In this document: in pieces, positions 9,630 through 18,942 of the stretch
Numbering within the stretch: position 1 is the first letter of the stretch
Layout of the letters: each line of letters starts with the position of its first letter
Assembly: GCA_037130925.1 (NCBI GenBank)
Contig: JBAXSC010000002.1
Coordinates: 25,185 to 89,184, forward strand
Direction: 5' to 3'
Origin: Candidatus Nomurabacteria bacterium
Lineage (GTDB): Bacteria; Patescibacteriota; Minisyncoccia; Phycocordibacterales; UBA5272
DNA: 64,000 nucleotides
Made by a program: the position numbers and the translations under genes
The notes under the pieces: model-generated
Seen by the model: the letters and a program-made list of their open reading frames with translations, nothing else
What the model was told of the DNA's origin: nothing
Database searches by the model: none

Positions 9630-10703
9630 TTAATTACAACTAGACGTGTCTGGACTAGACATTACAGCTCTTGTAGAAGGACCAACTATTTTATCTTCTT
9701 TTAAAGCATTTACAGATTGATAATTACTTATAGCAGTCAAAGTATTTGGACCAACTGTACCATCAACATTACTCTGATCATTACTATTTGCATAACAATT
9801 ATTATCAAGTAAAAACTGTTGTAAATATTTAACGGTATCTCCAGTAGAACCAGCAGAAATATCTTTTGCCCAAGAAGATATATGATACTTACCATCTATG
9901 TCAGTATCTGGAACAGCACTCATATATTTATATAGAAGAACAGCACGAGTAGAAGGTCCAACTTTACCATCTGAAGTTAATTTATTTTTTGTCTGAAAAT
10001 CTTTTATAGCAGTCTCTGTTTTTGATCCAAAAGATCCGTCTATTCCATCCTTATTAGCACCAGTAGTGCCAAGATCATAATTTTGATCTTTAAGACATTT
10101 TTGAAGCTGAGATACTGCAGCACCTGTCGAAGAAGTATCTAAAGTGCTTGGCCATCCATCGACGTTTGAAATAGTACAATCTGCAGCACCTGATAATTTT
10201 TTCGTAGGATCACTAAAAGGGTCTTTGGGAGTATTTGCAGCAAGTCCACCACCCGGAACATCTGAAGCTTGATTACAAGATCCATTTGTACAAATTTTTG
10301 GAAGAACCATATCAGTTGAACTTACTCCTAAAAATCCTTGAAATAGTTTTATTATTCCCCAAACAGATACAAACACAAAGAGAGCAAGCAAGCTCCAAAG
10401 CATCATTTCTTTATCTTTTTTAAGACTGTCGGCAGCATTTTGTCTGTGGTAAATAAACAAAACCATTCCCCATAAAAATACAACCAAAGCAACACCTCCT
10501 AAAAGAACAACTAAATTTTGTATTACATTTTTATTGAAATTAGTTATTAAACCACCAACTTCAGAAAAGTTTGTAACAGTCACTTTAGGTGCAACGATAG
10601 CAGCAGTTTGCGCAAAAGAAAAACTACTAATAGAAATTAAAAACAAAAAAACAAAAACAGAAATCTTTATAAAGATTGATTTAGTAAAAATATTTTTTGA
10701 CAT
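9630..10703 (-). CDS. Secreted protein: pilin-like two-TM hairpin fused to two peptidoglycan-binding (PG_binding_1-like) repeats (paralogue P4)
   Basis: Hairpin LVVFLWGMVLFIYHRQNAADSLKKDKEMMLWSLLALFVFVSVWGIIKLF. The two repeats are DGSFGSKTETAIKDFQTKNKLTSDGKVGPSTRAVL and DGTVGPNTLTAISNYQSVNALKEDKIVGPSTRAVM. A TGATATAAT promoter lies at 10731..10739. Confidence 0.7.
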   Translation of the reverse strand: MSKNIFTKSIFIKISVFVFLFLISISSFSFAQTAAIVAPKVTVTNFSEVGGLITNFNKNVIQNLVVLLGGVALVVFLWGMVLFIYHRQNAADSLKKDKEMMLWSLLALFVFVSVWGIIKLFQGFLGVSSTDMVLPKICTNGSCNQASDVPGGGLAANTPKDPFSDPTKKLSGAADCTISNVDGWPSTLDTSSTGAAVSQLQKCLKDQNYDLGTTGANKDGIDGSFGSKTETAIKDFQTKNKLTSDGKVGPSTRAVLLYKYMSAVPDTDIDGKYHISSWAKDISAGSTGDTVKYLQQFLLDNNCYANSNDQSNVDGTVGPNTLTAISNYQSVNALKEDKIVGPSTRAVMSSPDTSSCN

Positions 10704-10751
10704 AGATTAAAGTATTTTAATAATACTAAAATTATATCATACAAAAAATAT

Positions 10752-11645
10752 CTAATTTGTAGGATTTGTATTTGCAGTAACTACCTGTTCAGGAGTGGTG
10801 ACGTCTACTGATTTTTTAACATCATTAATAGTATTAAGTAAAACCATAATTATTAATTCTGCTGCAGCTGCAACAGCTATACCAATAATAACTCTTTTTG
10901 CAAATTTTTTTGCCTCGTCTAATTTTATTTGATTACCTTGCGCTAGAACAAATTTTGATCCAGCAATAACGACAGATATTGTAAGTATTGGTGCGGCAAA
11001 ATAATTAACTAAAAACTTAATAGCCAATAAAACTAATGAGCCTATAGTTTGTCCAGAAAAAAAATTAAGATAATGATTATTATTTGTGGCTAAAACTGGA
11101 ACTTCTTGAGCCATAGCATGTGGAATAATACCAAAATCATTGAAAGCAAATATTTGTTTAAAGAAATCTAAAAGTTGTGCGTTAAATCCTAATACAGTAA
11201 GAAGACCAAATAAAGCTGTAAATACAAGCATAATCATCAATAAAGCAATAGTTCCGTTTTTTATATATTTTTTTATTTTAATTAGATATTCTGGCTTGTC
11301 TCCATAATAAACATAACCGACGCCAGACACCACTAAAATTAAAACCAAAGATATAACTATCAAATATACAAAAACTTGTGCAAGTTTTGCAATAAGAGTC
11401 ACAGCTGCTTTTGGAGAACAAACTTGATTTGTCACTTTTCCTTGTTCTGTTCTACCACAATCACCTATTAACCCATTTCCATTATTACTTAAAGCATCTA
11501 TACTTTGCACAGCATTATCTGTGGCCTGAGCTGATACATGATGAGCAGATACAAAAGAATTAAAAATAAATAATAATACAGAAAGAGAGACTGAAATATT
11601 GATTATTATTTTTTTAAATAAATTATTATTGATTATTTTTTTCAT
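10752..11645 (-). CDS. Secreted polytopic protein with two tandem pilin-like hairpins (paralogue P5)
   Basis: Signal peptide ending VSAHHVSAQA. First hairpin: VFVYLIVISLVLILVVSGVGYVYYGDKPEYLIKIKKYIKNGTIALLMIMLVFTALFGLL. Second hairpin: FAAPILTISVVIAGSKFVLAQGNQIKLDEAKKFAKRVIIGIAVAAAAELIIMVLL. Confidence 0.55.
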   Translation of the reverse strand: MKKIINNNLFKKIIINISVSLSVLLFIFNSFVSAHHVSAQATDNAVQSIDALSNNGNGLIGDCGRTEQGKVTNQVCSPKAAVTLIAKLAQVFVYLIVISLVLILVVSGVGYVYYGDKPEYLIKIKKYIKNGTIALLMIMLVFTALFGLLTVLGFNAQLLDFFKQIFAFNDFGIIPHAMAQEVPVLATNNNHYLNFFSGQTIGSLVLLAIKFLVNYFAAPILTISVVIAGSKFVLAQGNQIKLDEAKKFAKRVIIGIAVAAAAELIIMVLLNTINDVKKSVDVTTPEQVVTANTNPTN

Positions 11646-11656
11646 ATTTTTATTAA

Positions 11657-13030
11657 TTAATTTTGACCATCATAAACAGCTTGTAAATTATCAGAAAAAG
11701 CTGTACTTGCTTCTACTGTACTTGCTTCACCATTATATACTTTACGTATAGCATCACGCATCAATACTTCTAAATCATTTCTATGTAAATCATAAAAACC
11801 TTTACTAATTAAAGCACTATTTCCAAAAATTTCCGCATCTTGATTATTAGATGACATCATGTTTGCGATATTCGCTTTTAAAGCAGAAATCCCTCCTGTG
11901 CGAGCTATTAAATCCTGACTAACACCATCTGTACCTGTAGCTAAATATTTCATAACTTGATAAGCCAAACTTGTTGGACTTGCGCCTGGACTCGATCTTA
12001 ACATAAATACTGTATTTAATTTTCCATAAGTACTACTTGTATTGCTTCCATCAATCTGAGGTATATATGTATAATCAAAATATAACTTTTGATTAGCTGA
12101 TTTTATATAAGCTCCCTCACTTGCATATCCAACATAAAAAGCTAAATTACCAGAGATAAACTGCTGTAAAGCGTTATCAGATTTAGCGTTCCAATTATAA
12201 GAAGTCTTTTGTGTATCAGAAAAATCTTTAGAAAAAGCTAAAGATGAATTTAATGGTGAAATACCACTCTGATTTAAACTTTGATCTACCAACACATTAT
12301 ACTTAGGAACACTTCCTCCATTACCATCTTGTACGTATGTTACTGAAACTGGAGTTTGTCCTTGCTGAATAATCATAGCCAAAAGAACGTCTGTAGCATG
12401 AGGTATATTGTCATAAGTACCAAAAGCTATAGTAGACAAAGAAACATTACCCGTAGAATCTTTTTTTGTTATTTTAGAGTCATAACTATACAAGCTACCC
12501 CAAGTCTTTGGGGGGTTAGAAAAGCCGTTACTTGATAATATGTCACGATTATAATAAAGAACTAAAGGATCTACAGATAAAGGAAGACCTAAATATCCAT
12601 AAGGCATATCAATAAGCAAAGCTGATTCGTCTATAAAATCATTTCTAAATTTTGATTCTGGTATAGTCGCAACAGTTACTGGATATAAATAAGAGATGTT
12701 AGCAAAAAGAATATCACTAGGAGCAATAACCAAATCTGGCGCAGAACCATTTGCGATAGCTTTTACTAATTTAGAATTAAAACTATCGTAAGGAACTTCT
12801 GTATAGTTCATCGCATACGATTTAGCTGTTTTATCAAAAAGATCTGTAAACTGAGCCATTGAGTCAGCTGGTATTGTACCCCAAACATTTACTGTACCTG
12901 TTAATTTTTGATTTGAAGACGAATTAAAAATCGGGATCTTACCTGAAAAACCTAATAAAGCTATAATGACTGCAAATAATGCCATTCCTAATAAAACACT
13001 TTTGAAGTTTAAAATTTTTCCGAAGTTCAT
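11657..13030 (-). CDS. Extracellular solute-binding protein (ABC-type, family-1-like), membrane anchored
   Basis: 457 aa with an N-terminal TM anchor. VNVWGTIP...YTEVPYDSFNSKLVKAIANGSAPDLVIAPSD resembles sugar/solute-binding proteins. No permease or ATPase gene is adjacent. A TGATATAAT promoter lies at 13047..13055. Confidence 0.5.
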   Translation of the reverse strand: MNFGKILNFKSVLLGMALFAVIIALLGFSGKIPIFNSSSNQKLTGTVNVWGTIPADSMAQFTDLFDKTAKSYAMNYTEVPYDSFNSKLVKAIANGSAPDLVIAPSDILFANISYLYPVTVATIPESKFRNDFIDESALLIDMPYGYLGLPLSVDPLVLYYNRDILSSNGFSNPPKTWGSLYSYDSKITKKDSTGNVSLSTIAFGTYDNIPHATDVLLAMIIQQGQTPVSVTYVQDGNGGSVPKYNVLVDQSLNQSGISPLNSSLAFSKDFSDTQKTSYNWNAKSDNALQQFISGNLAFYVGYASEGAYIKSANQKLYFDYTYIPQIDGSNTSSTYGKLNTVFMLRSSPGASPTSLAYQVMKYLATGTDGVSQDLIARTGGISALKANIANMMSSNNQDAEIFGNSALISKGFYDLHRNDLEVLMRDAIRKVYNGEASTVEASTAFSDNLQAVYDGQN

Positions 13031-13082
13031 ATATTTTATATAAAAAATTATATCATAAATATATGATCACCATTTTTATTCT

Positions 13083-13604
13083 TTATTTCTGAGCAACTAA
13101 AAAAGCATAATGATATTCTCCTGCTGGATAATGTTTTTTAATATAAAAATTATGGGTTGCTAAAATAGCTGTTATCTTTTCTTCAGGGATAACATTTACT
13201 CTTTTTGTATAAATAGCGTGATCTATTTTTTTCCAATCAACTACAAGCAAAAATCCATCTGGCTTTAAAATTCTTTTTATCTCATTTAATAAATTATTAT
13301 AATTTTCTATGTCTCCTAATACATTAGATACTATAACAACATCACAAGAAAGACTTTCTATTTGAACTTTATTTTCTATATTAGAAAGTAAAGTATCTAT
13401 ATTTATAATATTCATTTTTTCTGCTTCATGATTTATTTTTTCTAATATCTCTCTATGAATATCTACTGCATAAATTTTTCCTCTATCGCCTACTATTTTA
13501 GATGCGGCAAAAACATAAGCTCCAGATCCACAACCAAGATCAGCGACAACATCTCCTTTTCTTAGAGCTAAACTTTCTATAATTTGTACAGGAGATAAAA
13601 ACAT
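13083..13604 (-). CDS. Class I SAM-dependent methyltransferase
   Basis: Motif I VADLGCGSGAY, followed by YAVDI and a later VVIVSNVL block. Confidence 0.75.
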   Translation of the reverse strand: MFLSPVQIIESLALRKGDVVADLGCGSGAYVFAASKIVGDRGKIYAVDIHREILEKINHEAEKMNIINIDTLLSNIENKVQIESLSCDVVIVSNVLGDIENYNNLLNEIKRILKPDGFLLVVDWKKIDHAIYTKRVNVIPEEKITAILATHNFYIKKHYPAGEYHYAFLVAQK

Positions 13605-13609
13605 AATTA

Positions 13610-14212
13610 TTATTGATTAATGATAGTTGTCGTTGTCTTTTCTATTACATTATTAGTTGTTGTTCCAACACTAGAATTAGAGCTTTTTATATTTTTAGCA
13701 TGTAAGGATATATCTATACAAGAATACTGTCCAGCAGATAAAACTGTTTTTTTATTTTGAACTATATATGCAGGATCTTTTGATAAATCTAAAGGGCAGC
13801 TACAATTTGGAAAAGAAGCGTCTGCAAAATTTTGATTTAATGGACAAGCTGTATTATTTTCATAATGCCAATAATCAACTGCTGTTTTATAAATCTTAAG
13901 AGAAATAGAATAATAATTTCCTATTCTTGGATTTGGATTAACTTTATAATCATAAATATTTATCGCTTCCCATAAGACTAACAAAATAACTATTACTAAT
14001 ATAAAAGATCTAACAGACATAAATAATACATTAGGACCATCTTTTTTAAGAAGGTGACTTGGAACAGGCACATCAGAATTAGCTTCCCATAAAGCTTCAT
14101 TAATTTCTTTTTCTCTCCAACCAACAGAAAGCAAATAATCTATAATTTGCTCTTGAGGAACACCTTGAGAAGATTGTTTTTTAATATAGTCTATTAATTG
14201 ACCATTTACCAT
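13610..14212 (-). CDS. Hypothetical single-pass membrane protein with a small N-terminal helical domain
   Basis: 200 aa. The N-terminus ...QIIDYLLSVGWREKEINEAL resembles the N-terminus of 55143..56258 (LLSASGWDKEDIMEGI). A TM helix and a Cys-containing ectodomain follow. Confidence 0.55.
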   Translation of the reverse strand: MVNGQLIDYIKKQSSQGVPQEQIIDYLLSVGWREKEINEALWEANSDVPVPSHLLKKDGPNVLFMSVRSFILVIVILLVLWEAINIYDYKVNPNPRIGNYYSISLKIYKTAVDYWHYENNTACPLNQNFADASFPNCSCPLDLSKDPAYIVQNKKTVLSAGQYSCIDISLHAKNIKSSNSSVGTTTNNVIEKTTTTIINQ

Positions 14213-14283
14213 AAAATTATTATATCTATAATTTTAACACAAAAAAACTAGACAAATATTTATTTTGCCTAGTTTTGTAAAAA

Positions 14284-15054
14284 TTAAATCTTAGGAAAAT
14301 CTCCTATCATAAATCCATAGGAATAAATTAATCTTAAAATAGAAAAAGAATCTTTTATGTCCAAATTACCTTCAAAAGATGATTTGTCTCTTTTGTGTCC
14401 ATTAGAATTCGAATCTTCAGGTGACCAAAATACTATTTTTGACTTTTCTGATAAATCAATTTTTAAAATTTCACTTTTTAATTTATCAAAATAAATTTCA
14501 TATAGATATTTATATTCTGATAAATTATAATTATCAAATTCATCAAATTGATAAAATGATATTTTTGTCATTCCATTAAAATCGACAGATAAATCAATTC
14601 TAGAAAAATATCTATCAATTTCAAAAGTTGTTGTAACAGCATTTTTCCTAGCCTCTAATATTCTCTCTCTGGGAACAAACATGTGTATTGTTGAAAGCTC
14701 TCTACCAACTTCACCAAAAGTACCAATTGTCTTTTCGTATTTTACGGACTTAAACATACACTCTGGAATATGGAGACAAAAACTAATATCTAATAATTTT
14801 TCTCCTTCCAAATAACAAGAAGCATCATCTTCCAAATCTTTAAGATTAAGTTTATGTTTTATAAACAACTCTTTGATAAAAGAAAATGAAAAACAATACC
14901 ACAATGAAATAAAATCATTCTTTGGAAATAGAGATAACAGTTCATCTACAAAAGAATAAAAATTTTTAAAATACTCTCTACTGTTACCTAAGACTTCTGG
15001 GGAAATTTTGTCTTTAATTTCCCGGATTTGTTTCTTTGAAATTTCTGGAAACAT
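14284..15054 (-). CDS. Hypothetical protein (256 aa)
   Basis: The track ORF extends to 15153, but that extension overlaps the upstream gene. I moved the start to the ATG at 15054 (MFPEISKKQ...). I recognise no family. Confidence 0.5.
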   Translation of the reverse strand: MFPEISKKQIREIKDKISPEVLGNSREYFKNFYSFVDELLSLFPKNDFISLWYCFSFSFIKELFIKHKLNLKDLEDDASCYLEGEKLLDISFCLHIPECMFKSVKYEKTIGTFGEVGRELSTIHMFVPRERILEARKNAVTTTFEIDRYFSRIDLSVDFNGMTKISFYQFDEFDNYNLSEYKYLYEIYFDKLKSEILKIDLSEKSKIVFWSPEDSNSNGHKRDKSSFEGNLDIKDSFSILRLIYSYGFMIGDFPKI

Positions 15055-15085
15055 AAAATAAATTTTAATTGTTAAAAAATAATTT

Positions 15086-15406
15086 TTACTTTTCCTCTTC
15101 TCTAAAAGTAATAAGGCAAAGATCTTGCATAGAAAAGCAATCTCCACAATCATCTGTATGACACCTGCCGACTATCCTACCATCTTCTGTTAATTTTACA
15201 ACAAGAGGATTAGAACAATGAACGCAGCTCATTACTTGAGTTGGATAAGGTAAAGGTTCTGACTCGCCTTTATAACAACATCCTAATTTGCATTTAGGGC
15301 AAAAAAGTTCCCAACGTGGACCAGATTGTAAATTAGATCCACACTCTTTGCAGTAATAAATAGAATCTTCTTTAATTTCAACTCTAATAAATTTTTTCTC
15401 TTTCAT
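15086..15406 (-). CDS. Multi-zinc-ribbon protein (106 aa)
   Basis: Four Cys pairs: CKEC...CPKC...CVHC...CHTDDCGDC. Confidence 0.55.
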   Translation of the reverse strand: MKEKKFIRVEIKEDSIYYCKECGSNLQSGPRWELFCPKCKLGCCYKGESEPLPYPTQVMSCVHCSNPLVVKLTEDGRIVGRCHTDDCGDCFSMQDLCLITFREEEK

Positions 15407-15440
15407 AATTTAAATTTTTAATTGTTAAAGAATTTTAACT

Positions 15441-15488
15441 ATTGATATAGTATTAAAAATGATATATAATATCAATATGTCGTACGAC
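15441..15488 (+). promoter_or_regulatory. Promoter of the TrmB-like regulator with candidate operator palindromes
   Basis: TTGATA (15442-47), a 17-nt spacer, then TATAAT (15465-70). The 8-bp arms ATTGATAT/ATATCAAT bracket the promoter. A perfect 10-bp palindrome GTCGTACGAC sits at 15479-88, near the predicted +1. Confidence 0.55.
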
Positions 15489-15505
15489 TTTCGACAACAC
15501 TATTT

Positions 15506-16297
15506 ATGGAAAGACAAAATATTCAAAAAATAGAAACATTTCTTAAAAAACTAGGATTGTCTGAGAAAGAAATTAAAGTATATTTGTATATACTTTTTTC
15601 TGGACCCCAATACGTTACAAAAATATCTCAATCTTGCAAACTAACAAGAACAAATACTTACGATATTATAAAAAAATTGGAAGAGAAAGGTCTATCTCAT
15701 AGTCTAGGGTCTGAGTACGGGAAAAAAATAAAAGCTAACTCCCCTACAGAATTAAAAGAGCTAATTAATTCAAAAGAAAGAGAAATCAAATCTTATAAAA
15801 ATGAGCTCGAAGATATTCTAATTGGTTTAGAAAAAATAAATATAAAAGAAAATAATAATGTTTATAATGTTTCCTATTTTAAAGGAAAAGAAAATTTGAA
15901 AAAGATGCTTAATCTTTCCCTATTATCTAAAAATAAAGAAATATTTTTTGCAGGATCTGAGCTTGATATGATAAATATTTTAGGAGAGGATTTTTTAATA
16001 AATTTTCATAAAAAAAGAATAGAGAAAAAAATAAAATTATCTGCATTAAGACCAGGAAATATAAGAGGAAAAAAACCTATTTTTGTAGAAGATATAAAAA
16101 ATTTAAGAGAAGTCAGAATAAGACCAGAGAATCAAATAAGATTAAAATCTGTATTAATTATTTGGGATAATTTTATTTCTTTTTGTTCTTTTAATGAAGA
16201 AGACATGTTTGCAACTTTAATAGAAAATGAATTAATAAGTAAAACACAATTAAGTTGGTTTAATTTTATTTGGGAAAAATCTAAAAAAGTAAAATAA
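15506..16297 (+). CDS. TrmB-family transcriptional regulator (wHTH)
   Basis: The N-terminus LGLSEKEIKVYLYILFSGPQYVTKISQSCKLTRTNTYDIIKKLEEKGL is typical of the TrmB HTH. 263 aa. Confidence 0.7.
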   Translation: MERQNIQKIETFLKKLGLSEKEIKVYLYILFSGPQYVTKISQSCKLTRTNTYDIIKKLEEKGLSHSLGSEYGKKIKANSPTELKELINSKEREIKSYKNELEDILIGLEKINIKENNNVYNVSYFKGKENLKKMLNLSLLSKNKEIFFAGSELDMINILGEDFLINFHKKRIEKKIKLSALRPGNIRGKKPIFVEDIKNLREVRIRPENQIRLKSVLIIWDNFISFCSFNEEDMFATLIENELISKTQLSWFNFIWEKSKKVK

Positions 16298-16327
16298 AAA
16301 GAGCTCTTAATGAGCTCTTTTTATTTT
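16298..16327. terminator. Bidirectional intrinsic terminator between the convergent trmB-like gene and gyrA
   Basis: AAAGAGCTC-TTAAT-GAGCTCTTT followed by TTATTTT. Confidence 0.7.
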
Positions 16328-18818
16328 ATAATACCGCCAAACTTGCTACTGAGTCTCCATCACGAAGCTTCATGATACGAACTCCTTGAGTCGCTCTTCC
16401 GAGTGTTGGAATTGTTTTAACTTCTGTTTTTATAACTTGAGAATTTTTTGAAATAGCAAGCATTTCAGCATCTTCATCTATAATAACTTTCGCAACAATT
16501 AATTTTCCTGTCTTGTCTGTAATATTAACTGTCTTTATTCCAGATCCTCCACGTCCTTGAGTTTTATATTCTTCTAGGCTTGTCATTTTTCCATAACCAT
16601 TTTCTGTAGCAACTAAAAGTTTTGCTTTCTTAGAAAATTCTTTTTTAATAACATCACAAGCTGCAATATAATCATTCTTATCGAGCTTCATTCCACGTAC
16701 TCCAGCAGCTGTTCTTCCCATCTCACGAACATCATCTTCAGCGAAACGAATTGATTGACCATCAATACTTGTTAAAATAATGTCATCACCTTTTTCAACG
16801 AATAATGCAGAAAGAAGAACATCATCTTTATCTAATTTTATAGCAATCAGTCCAGATCTACGAACATCTTTAAAATCTACAGCTGAAGATTTTTTAATTG
16901 TTCCATCACGAGTGATCATAGCAAGTGATAAAGTTGTATTTTTTAATTCTTTTGGCATTGGTAAAATACTTGTAACTTTTTCATCGCTAGAAATTTGAAG
17001 ATAATTCATAATACTCTTTCCTCTTGTTGCACGTTTACCTTCTGGAATATCATACATTTTAATTTGATAAGCTTTACCTTTGTCAGTAAAAAATAATAAA
17101 TCAGAATGAGTAGAAGTTGTTAAAGAAATTGTAATAAAATCTTCTTCTTTTGTATTCATGTCCATAACACCCACACCTCCTCTTTTTTGTGTACGAAATT
17201 CATCTGGATCTGTACGTTTAATATATCCACCAGTAGTATAAATTAGCATTGCTTCTCTATCTGCAATTAAATCTTCTGGATTAAATTCTTTAGCTTTATG
17301 TTTTACAACTTTTGTTCTTCTATCATCTCCATATTTGTCTCTAATCTCTTTAAGTTCATCTTTGATGATTTGTAACATTTTCTTTTCACTTGCCAAAATT
17401 TCTTTTAACTCTGCGATTAAATCTTGTACAGCTTTTAATTCATCTTCGATCTTTTTTCTTTCAAGGCCAGCAAGTCTTTGAAGCTTCATATCTAAAATAG
17501 CCTGAGCTTGAATTGGAGTAAATTTAAATTCTTTTACAAGCGCAGCATGCGCTTCTTCAACTGATTTTGATTTACGAATTAGTTTAATAATCTCATCAAT
17601 ATGATCGAGAGCTTTTTTGAGACCTAACAATATATGCTCTCTATCTTCAGCTTTTCTAAGATCAAATTCTGTTCTTCTTTTTACAACTATTTTTCTGTGT
17701 TTAATAAATTCCTCAAGAGCTGACTTAAGATTTAAAGTCTGAGGCACGCCATCAACAAGACAAACAAGATTCACATGGAAAGTTTCTTCGAGCTGAGTAT
17801 GTCTATATAAATAATTTAAAATTTTCTGTGGCTCAACACCAGCTTTAAGATCAATGGCGACACGAATATCTTTTGTTGATTCATCACGAAGACCTTTTAT
17901 GCCTTCTATTTTCTTTTCTCTAACAAGGTCAGCGATCTTTTCTATCAAAGTTGATTTAACAACACGGAATGGGATTGATGTGATAACTATTTGATAATTA
18001 CCATTTTTTAATTCTACAATATCTGCCTCACCTCTTGTTACAATACCTCCACGACCAGTCGCATACGCATGTGCTATGTCACTTTTTCCATAAACAATTC
18101 CACCAGTTGGAAAATCAGGACCAGTAACTATCTCACAGAGATCTTCTGTTGTAGCATTTTTATTTTCTATTAAATGTGTAGTTGCATCTATTAACTCTGT
18201 TAAATTATGAGGAGGAATATTTGTTGCCATTCCCACGGCAATACCAAGAGTACCATTCAATAAAAGATTTGGAATAGCAGTAGGCAAAACTTCTGGCTCT
18301 TTTTTTGTACCATCAAAGTTTGGCTTCATGTTGATAGTATCTTTTTCAATATCTCTCATCATCTCCATTGCTAAGCGAGACATTTTTGCTTCTGTATAAC
18401 GATACGCAGCAGCACTATCTCCATCTATAGAACCAAAGTTACCTTGTCCCCAAATCATTGGATATCTGAAAGAAAAATCTTGCGCCATTTTTACCATCGC
18501 ATCATAAACAGATTGATCTCCATGTGGATGAAAACTTCCAAGCACATCTCCAACCACTGTCGCAGATTTTCTAAATCTCGCAGAAGAAGTAAGACCGTTT
18601 TGCTGCATTGAATATAAAATTCTTCTATGTACCGGCTTTAGTCCGTCTCTCGCATCAGGAAGAGCGCGATCAGTGATAACACTCATAGCATAGTTGATAT
18701 AGCTTTGCTTCATTTCAGCTGAGATATCTATATCTACAATTTTATGTTCTACGTTAACTGGAATATCTGCTTTTTCGTCTTCGTTTTTTGATGAATTTTT
18801 ATTAGATGATTTAGCCAT
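16326..18818 (-). CDS. gyrA: DNA gyrase subunit A
   Basis: 830 aa. Contains [35 protein letters not shown] (active-site Tyr) and C-terminal beta-pinwheel repeats. A TGATATAAT promoter lies at 18841..18849. Confidence 0.97.
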   Translation of the reverse strand: MAKSSNKNSSKNEDEKADIPVNVEHKIVDIDISAEMKQSYINYAMSVITDRALPDARDGLKPVHRRILYSMQQNGLTSSARFRKSATVVGDVLGSFHPHGDQSVYDAMVKMAQDFSFRYPMIWGQGNFGSIDGDSAAAYRYTEAKMSRLAMEMMRDIEKDTINMKPNFDGTKKEPEVLPTAIPNLLLNGTLGIAVGMATNIPPHNLTELIDATTHLIENKNATTEDLCEIVTGPDFPTGGIVYGKSDIAHAYATGRGGIVTRGEADIVELKNGNYQIVITSIPFRVVKSTLIEKIADLVREKKIEGIKGLRDESTKDIRVAIDLKAGVEPQKILNYLYRHTQLEETFHVNLVCLVDGVPQTLNLKSALEEFIKHRKIVVKRRTEFDLRKAEDREHILLGLKKALDHIDEIIKLIRKSKSVEEAHAALVKEFKFTPIQAQAILDMKLQRLAGLERKKIEDELKAVQDLIAELKEILASEKKMLQIIKDELKEIRDKYGDDRRTKVVKHKAKEFNPEDLIADREAMLIYTTGGYIKRTDPDEFRTQKRGGVGVMDMNTKEEDFITISLTTSTHSDLLFFTDKGKAYQIKMYDIPEGKRATRGKSIMNYLQISSDEKVTSILPMPKELKNTTLSLAMITRDGTIKKSSAVDFKDVRRSGLIAIKLDKDDVLLSALFVEKGDDIILTSIDGQSIRFAEDDVREMGRTAAGVRGMKLDKNDYIAACDVIKKEFSKKAKLLVATENGYGKMTSLEEYKTQGRGGSGIKTVNITDKTGKLIVAKVIIDEDAEMLAISKNSQVIKTEVKTIPTLGRATQGVRIMKLRDGDSVASLAVL

Positions 18819-18888
18819 AAAGTCTTTTAATTAGACCTAAATTATATCATTTTTTAATCTCTAATTCAATTAAAATTTATAAAAAAAT

Positions 18889-18914
18889 AAGACCCTGAAT
18901 TATTTCAGGGTCTT
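18889..18914 (-). terminator. Intrinsic terminator after 18943..19350
   Basis: AAGACCCTGAA-TTAT-TTCAGGGTCTT, an 11-bp stem with a T-run on the minus strand. Confidence 0.7.
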
Positions 18915-18942
18915 CTTTCTGGCACATAACCAATAAAATCTT

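Noticed and set aside
6229-13030. Calling the pilin-like cluster a complete type IV secretion or conjugation system.
   Set aside because: No VirB4/VirD4/VirB11 ATPase, VirB6/TrbL, relaxase or coupling protein is present in the window. Only the pilin-like hairpin family and accessory membrane proteins are seen.
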